This document shows positions 60,001 to 64,000 of a stretch of 64,000 bases of DNA, piece by piece. Positions within the stretch are counted from its first letter, which is position 1. Each line of letters starts with the position of its first letter. Under the pieces are notes generated by a model, which was given only the letters and a program-made list of their open reading frames with translations, was not told the origin of the DNA and did no database searches. Position numbers and translations under genes: made by a program. The DNA comes from Felis catus (Eukaryota). The stretch spans positions 107,384,001 to 107,448,000 of the forward strand of contig NC_058377.1 of NCBI RefSeq assembly GCF_018350175.1, given 5' to 3'.

Positions 60001-62663
60001 CCATCCCCAACGTGGCCTTCTTGTCCCTCCTCGCTCCCTGGCCTTACCCCCTCTTGTGCCCTCTTGCCCCCAGGAAGGGCAGCTGGTTGGCAGACAAGGT
60101 GAAGAGGCTGATGCGGCCCCGGCGGGAGGGGGGCCTCCATGGGGGGCCACGCCTGGGGGCCGATGGGGCCGGCAGCACCGAGAGCCTGGGGGGTCCCCCA
60201 GAGACGGAGCTCCCCAAGGGCAGGGAGGCAGATGGGACAGGTGGGTCTGGGGGCCGGGTGACCGTGATGGTCCCTACCCCGTGTCTCCTATCCCCACCCT
60301 GGTGCCCGCCAATGCCTCAGCGTCTCCCTTCATCTTGTGTGGCTTGCACGCCCACCCCCGCTGGTCTTCCCTGATGCAACCCGGCCCCGCCTAGATGTGG
60401 CTTTTTGCCCCCTGGCCCTGCCACAACCCTCTCAGCTGGCACCTCCTTCCTGCCTGCACTGCCACCCACCCAGTCCCCACCCATCCACAGCGGTGCCTAG
60501 GATCTCGGAGCAGCAGGGGACTTTAGTGAGAGGTCATTTATCCCAGTCAGCAGACGAGGAAGCTGAGGCCCAGGGAGGGGACGTGCCTTGCCCAAGGTCA
60601 CACAGTGAGTCAGTGTCAGAGCCAGCACAGGGTCCGGCCTCATTCACCCAGACCTAACCACCCCGCCCCCCGCCACACACCCCCCACTCGCACCTCTGCA
60701 GCCTCCTCTCCCTGCGCCTCGGCAGCTTCACCCCGCCAGCCCCTCCGCTCTGCCCAGCCCCTTCCCTCCCGGCTGGACACCCTCCCTGCCTCTCGCAGGG
60801 TCCCTTTCACCGGCGCCCATGCGCAGAGCCCAGAGCTCCCTCTGCCTGCGGGACGAGACCCTGGCAGGGGGGCAGCGGCGGAAACTCAGCTCACGGTTCC
60901 CCGTGGGGCGAAGCTCTGAATCATTCAGCCCCGGGGACACTCCCAGGCAGCGTTTCCGACAGCGACAGCGCAGGCCAGGCCCCCTGGGGGCACCCAGCAC
61001 CTATGGCAAAGGTGACAGCCGAGGGCCCCTGCTCTTATTAGCTCCCCAGCTCCGTGGCTGAGGGGGCTTCCCTCCTGTCCCTTGGGTCTCCCCACAAGCC
61101 CTGCCCGCCTCTGCTCTGGTCCCCGTGGCCCACTGGCTTCCTTGTGCACCCCCAGGACCTGGCGTGGGATGGGATGGCTCCATTGAGACCCTGTCAGAAC
61201 ACGAAGCAGATGTCAACCGAGAGGGTGAGTGGGGGTATTTGCCCTGCCTGGGGCCCCTGGCAGACCCCATTCATGAATTCGTCTACTTGACAGTGAGCCT
61301 TTGCTAAGTGCCGGGTGATGTGCTAGGGATACAGCAGGGGTACAGCTAGGGATAGAGCAGGGAACATTCTGGGATGGGAGACAGACAGATGTAAACAGCT
61401 TGCATAAAAATAATAATTATCGGGGCGCCTGGGTGGCTCAGTTTGGTTAAGCGTCTGACTTCAGCTCAGGTCACGATCTCGCGCTCCGTGAGTTCGAGCC
61501 CCGCGTCGGGCTCTGGGCTGATGGCTCGGAGCCTGGAGCCTGCTTCCGATTCTGTGTCTCCCTCTCTCTCTCTGCCTCTCCCTCGTTCATGCTCTGTCTC
61601 TCTCTGTCTCAAAAATAAATAAACGTTAAAAAACATTTTTTTAATAATAATTATCTACAACAACCCTGTCCAGTAGAAATAGGATGCGAACTACATGTGT
61701 AATTTAGAATCTTCTAGAGCCCTCATCAGAAAAGGAGAAAGAAACAGGTAAAAGTAATTTTAATAGCATATTTTCGTCATCTCAGTACACCTGAACTGTG
61801 ACCACTTCACCATGTACTCAGTGCGGAAAGTCATTAATGAGCTGTTTTATTTAAAAAAATGTATCGTCATTTATTTAAAAAATTTTTTGTAACGTTTAGT
61901 GTTGGGGGAGAGAGAGAGAGAGAGAAGGAGAGAGGGAGCGTGAATGGGGGAGGGGCAGAGAGAGAGGGAGACACAGAGTCTGAAGGAGGCTCCAGGCTCT
62001 GAGCTGTCAGCACAGAGCCCGACGCGGGGCTCGAACCCACGAGCCGCGAGATCGTGACCTGAGCCGAAGTCAGATGCTCAACCGACTGAGCCACCCTGGC
62101 GCCCCCTTAATGAGATATTTTATATGATTTTTTCCTGCCACGTCTTTGAGCCCAGTGGATATTTTATACCCAAGCACATAGAAGTTCCGACCTGCCACAT
62201 CTCAGGTGCTCGGTCCTGTACTGGGCAGCTCGGCCCCAAAATATTTAGGAGGTGATCATGCTCTGGGGAGAACGGAGAGCCGGGTGAGGGAGCTCAGGCA
62301 CGCTGGGTGGGCTGCAGTTCTAACTAGGTGCTCAGGGTAGCCCGTGGAGAGGAGGTGAGGTTGGAGCAAAGACCCGGAGGTGAGAGTTTGTCCTGTGGAC
62401 ATACCTGGGGAACAGCATTCCAGGCAGGAGTAACAGCTGAAACAAAGGCCTGGCGAGTTCAGGGACGGGCTACAGCCACAGTGAGGAGGGGGAGAGCGAA
62501 GAGGAGCCCAAGGGGCAGCAGGAGGGCACAAGGCGTGGGGCCCTGTGGGCCACCGTGGGTGCTGGGAGCTCCCGGGGGTCTGGCCTGAGCTGAACCTTCC
62601 CTTTTAGGCCTCAAGGTGCCGGAGCCGGAGAAACGCCCTCTCACACCCTCCCTCAGCCAGTGA
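48024..62663 (+). CDS. CCDC88B: Coiled-coil domain-containing 88B (Hook-related protein 3 / Gipie), 1467 aa
   Basis: 27 exons: 48024-48083, 48394-48536, 48683-48794, 48875-48944, 49021-49079, 49176-49259, 49358-49501, 49710-49855, 49986-50067, 50220-50378, 50842-50988, 51173-51281, 51483-51619, 51702-52832, 56207-56334, 56413-56530, 57234-57329, 57419-57559, 58165-58421, 58765-58908, 59101-59287, 59410-59555, 59821-59919, 60074-60240, 60799-61011, 61156-61224, 62608-62663. Sum 4404 nt with consistent phases. Protein MDGGKGPRLRDFLSGSLATW...PEKRPLTPSLSQ*. Confidence 0.95.
53378..53605 (-). mobile_element. Young CanSINE in CCDC88B intron 14 with target-site duplication TGGGAAGGGCATTT
   Basis: Nearly identical to the copy at 42595-42824. 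Confidence 0.95.
61422..61642 (+). mobile_element. CanSINE in the last CCDC88B intron
   Basis: Duplication AATAATAATTATC. Confidence 0.95.
61662..62232. mobile_element. MER33-like hAT-Charlie fossil interrupted by a minus-strand CanSINE (about 61868-62105)
   Basis: CTGTCCAGTAGAAAT...GAAACAGGTAAAAGTAATTTTAAT...GCCACATCTCAGGTGCTC. The SINE is flanked by TTAATGAG(C/A)T(G/A)TTTTA. Confidence 0.75.
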
Positions 62664-63052
62664 CACCGCAGGGACCGGGGGCCTGAGAGTGCAGCCTTCT
62701 TACTGCTGGAGTCCCCGTGGGGGCCCCAGGCAGCCCCAGAATTCAGGGATCCGGGCTACCTGGAGCCAGCCTGGCTCCTCCGAGGCCCGCATCGGTGCCC
62801 CGAGATGGGGCTGGGATAAGCCTGTGGACAGAGGGGATGGCTGGTCCCCACGAGCAGCTCCTTCCCGGGGCCCTGGCTCTGCCACGCAGCCCTCGCTGAG
62901 GAGGCCATCGCCGGGTGACCTCCCAGATGAAGGAGACAGGCAGGAGTGGCCGAGAGACCCCCTTGCCAGGTCCAGGTGGGGAGCCAAGGACCATTCGCCG
63001 AGGACGGTGGCCTGGGACGATCTCTGAGCTGTAGCTGGGCCACGGACATGAC

Positions 63053-63058
63053 AATAAA
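63053..63058 (+). terminator. CCDC88B polyadenylation signal
   Basis: AATAAA about 390 nt after the stop codon. Confidence 0.75.
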
Positions 63059-64000
63059 GCTGGGATACGACCACCTGAGTTTGGGCTGTGTCCAGTCCCA
63101 AGGCACCAGCGCCACCGGGCGCTGTGTGGCTGGGGATCTGTGCGCATTGGCTTCCTCACATGGCACAGGGCTGCTAGGGCTTTCTTCAGGGGACAGGCCA
63201 GTCGGGCTTGCTTGGATGTCCCGGGGGGGGGGGACGGGATGTCCCGGGGATGTCCCGGGGGGGGGGGCGGGGGTTCTGAGTAGCCGGCGGTGCATGGGGC
63301 CTGAGTCCGAGCTAAGCCTTTGCCTAGGAGATGGGCTCTGGGCTCCCATGAAGCCCCAGAGGCTCCTTCCCTTCCTTCCCAAACTTGTCTCCTTTTCATC
63401 TCTTCCTCTCCTTCCTCTCCTCATCCTCTCCCCACCCCGTAGAATTGCTCTCCTCCCTAGTGAGTTCTCAGCCCAGCGGGATGTCCCCTAGTGCCTCAGG
63501 CTTTCACGGAGGGACACAAGGCGGGGGGGGGGGGGGGGGGGGGGGGGGGAAGGAGGGGGGAAGGACGTGGGGTCTCTGACCAGCGCTTCCAGAATGACGC
63601 CCCAGGAAAGGGGCAATTAGGCTAGATGGCAGGACGTGAGTCAAGGCACCTGGGGCCGCCCAGGGTAGGGTGGGGCTGCCCGCCCAAGGTGAGGCAGCCT
63701 GAATGTGGGGGTGGGCAAAGCCGGGAGGGATGGCCAGGCTGGCCTCCCCGGGATGGTCTGCAGCAGTCTGACTCCTGGGGTTTCCACAGCCCCCTCTTGG
63801 GGGTAACTGATGGCCATGCCCTCCACTCAGCCCAAGCTTCAGAGTCCGGTGGGGTGGGTGTGGACACCCTGGTCTCCAGCTGGGCAGAGGAGCTGAAAGC
63901 CCCCTCCCACAGGCCTCAGGATGGGAGCTCTGATGGCCATCCGTCCCACCCTGTTGGTGGCTCCTATCGGTTGTCAGGGGGGCTCTGGAGGACAGGCCAG

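Overview
This is GC-rich mammalian genomic DNA from a felid, judged by abundant tRNA-derived CanSINE/SINEC_Fc elements. It comes from a draft assembly with six N-gaps. The gene order matches human 11q13.1: BAD (minus strand; only the 5' exons fall in the window), GPR137, KCNK4/TRAAK, CATSPERZ/TEX40, ESRRA, TRMT112 (minus), PRDX5, an 11-kb repeat-rich intergenic spacer, then CCDC88B (27 coding exons). I reconstructed exon-intron structures by hand from GT/AG boundaries and reading-frame phase. All fully visible genes give intact frames: GPR137 396 aa, CATSPERZ 206 aa, TRMT112 125 aa, PRDX5 221 aa, CCDC88B 1467 aa. Parts of the KCNK4 and ESRRA coding sequence are hidden in gaps. Gene and repeat names rest on recalled sequences, not on database searches. 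I see no evidence of a wholly new gene system, and most long ORFs in the track are GC-rich or CpG-island artefacts. The points most worth a second look are regulatory or isoform-level: a rodent-like upstream ATG that splices in frame to BAD, a KCNK4 start codon split by an intron, a GPR137 alternative last-exon frame with no stop before the poly(A) signal, a recursive-splice-like AG|GT site, the ERR autoregulatory element just behind the CATSPERZ poly(A) signal, and inverted SINE pairs around PRDX5 exon 2 and in the last CCDC88B intron.
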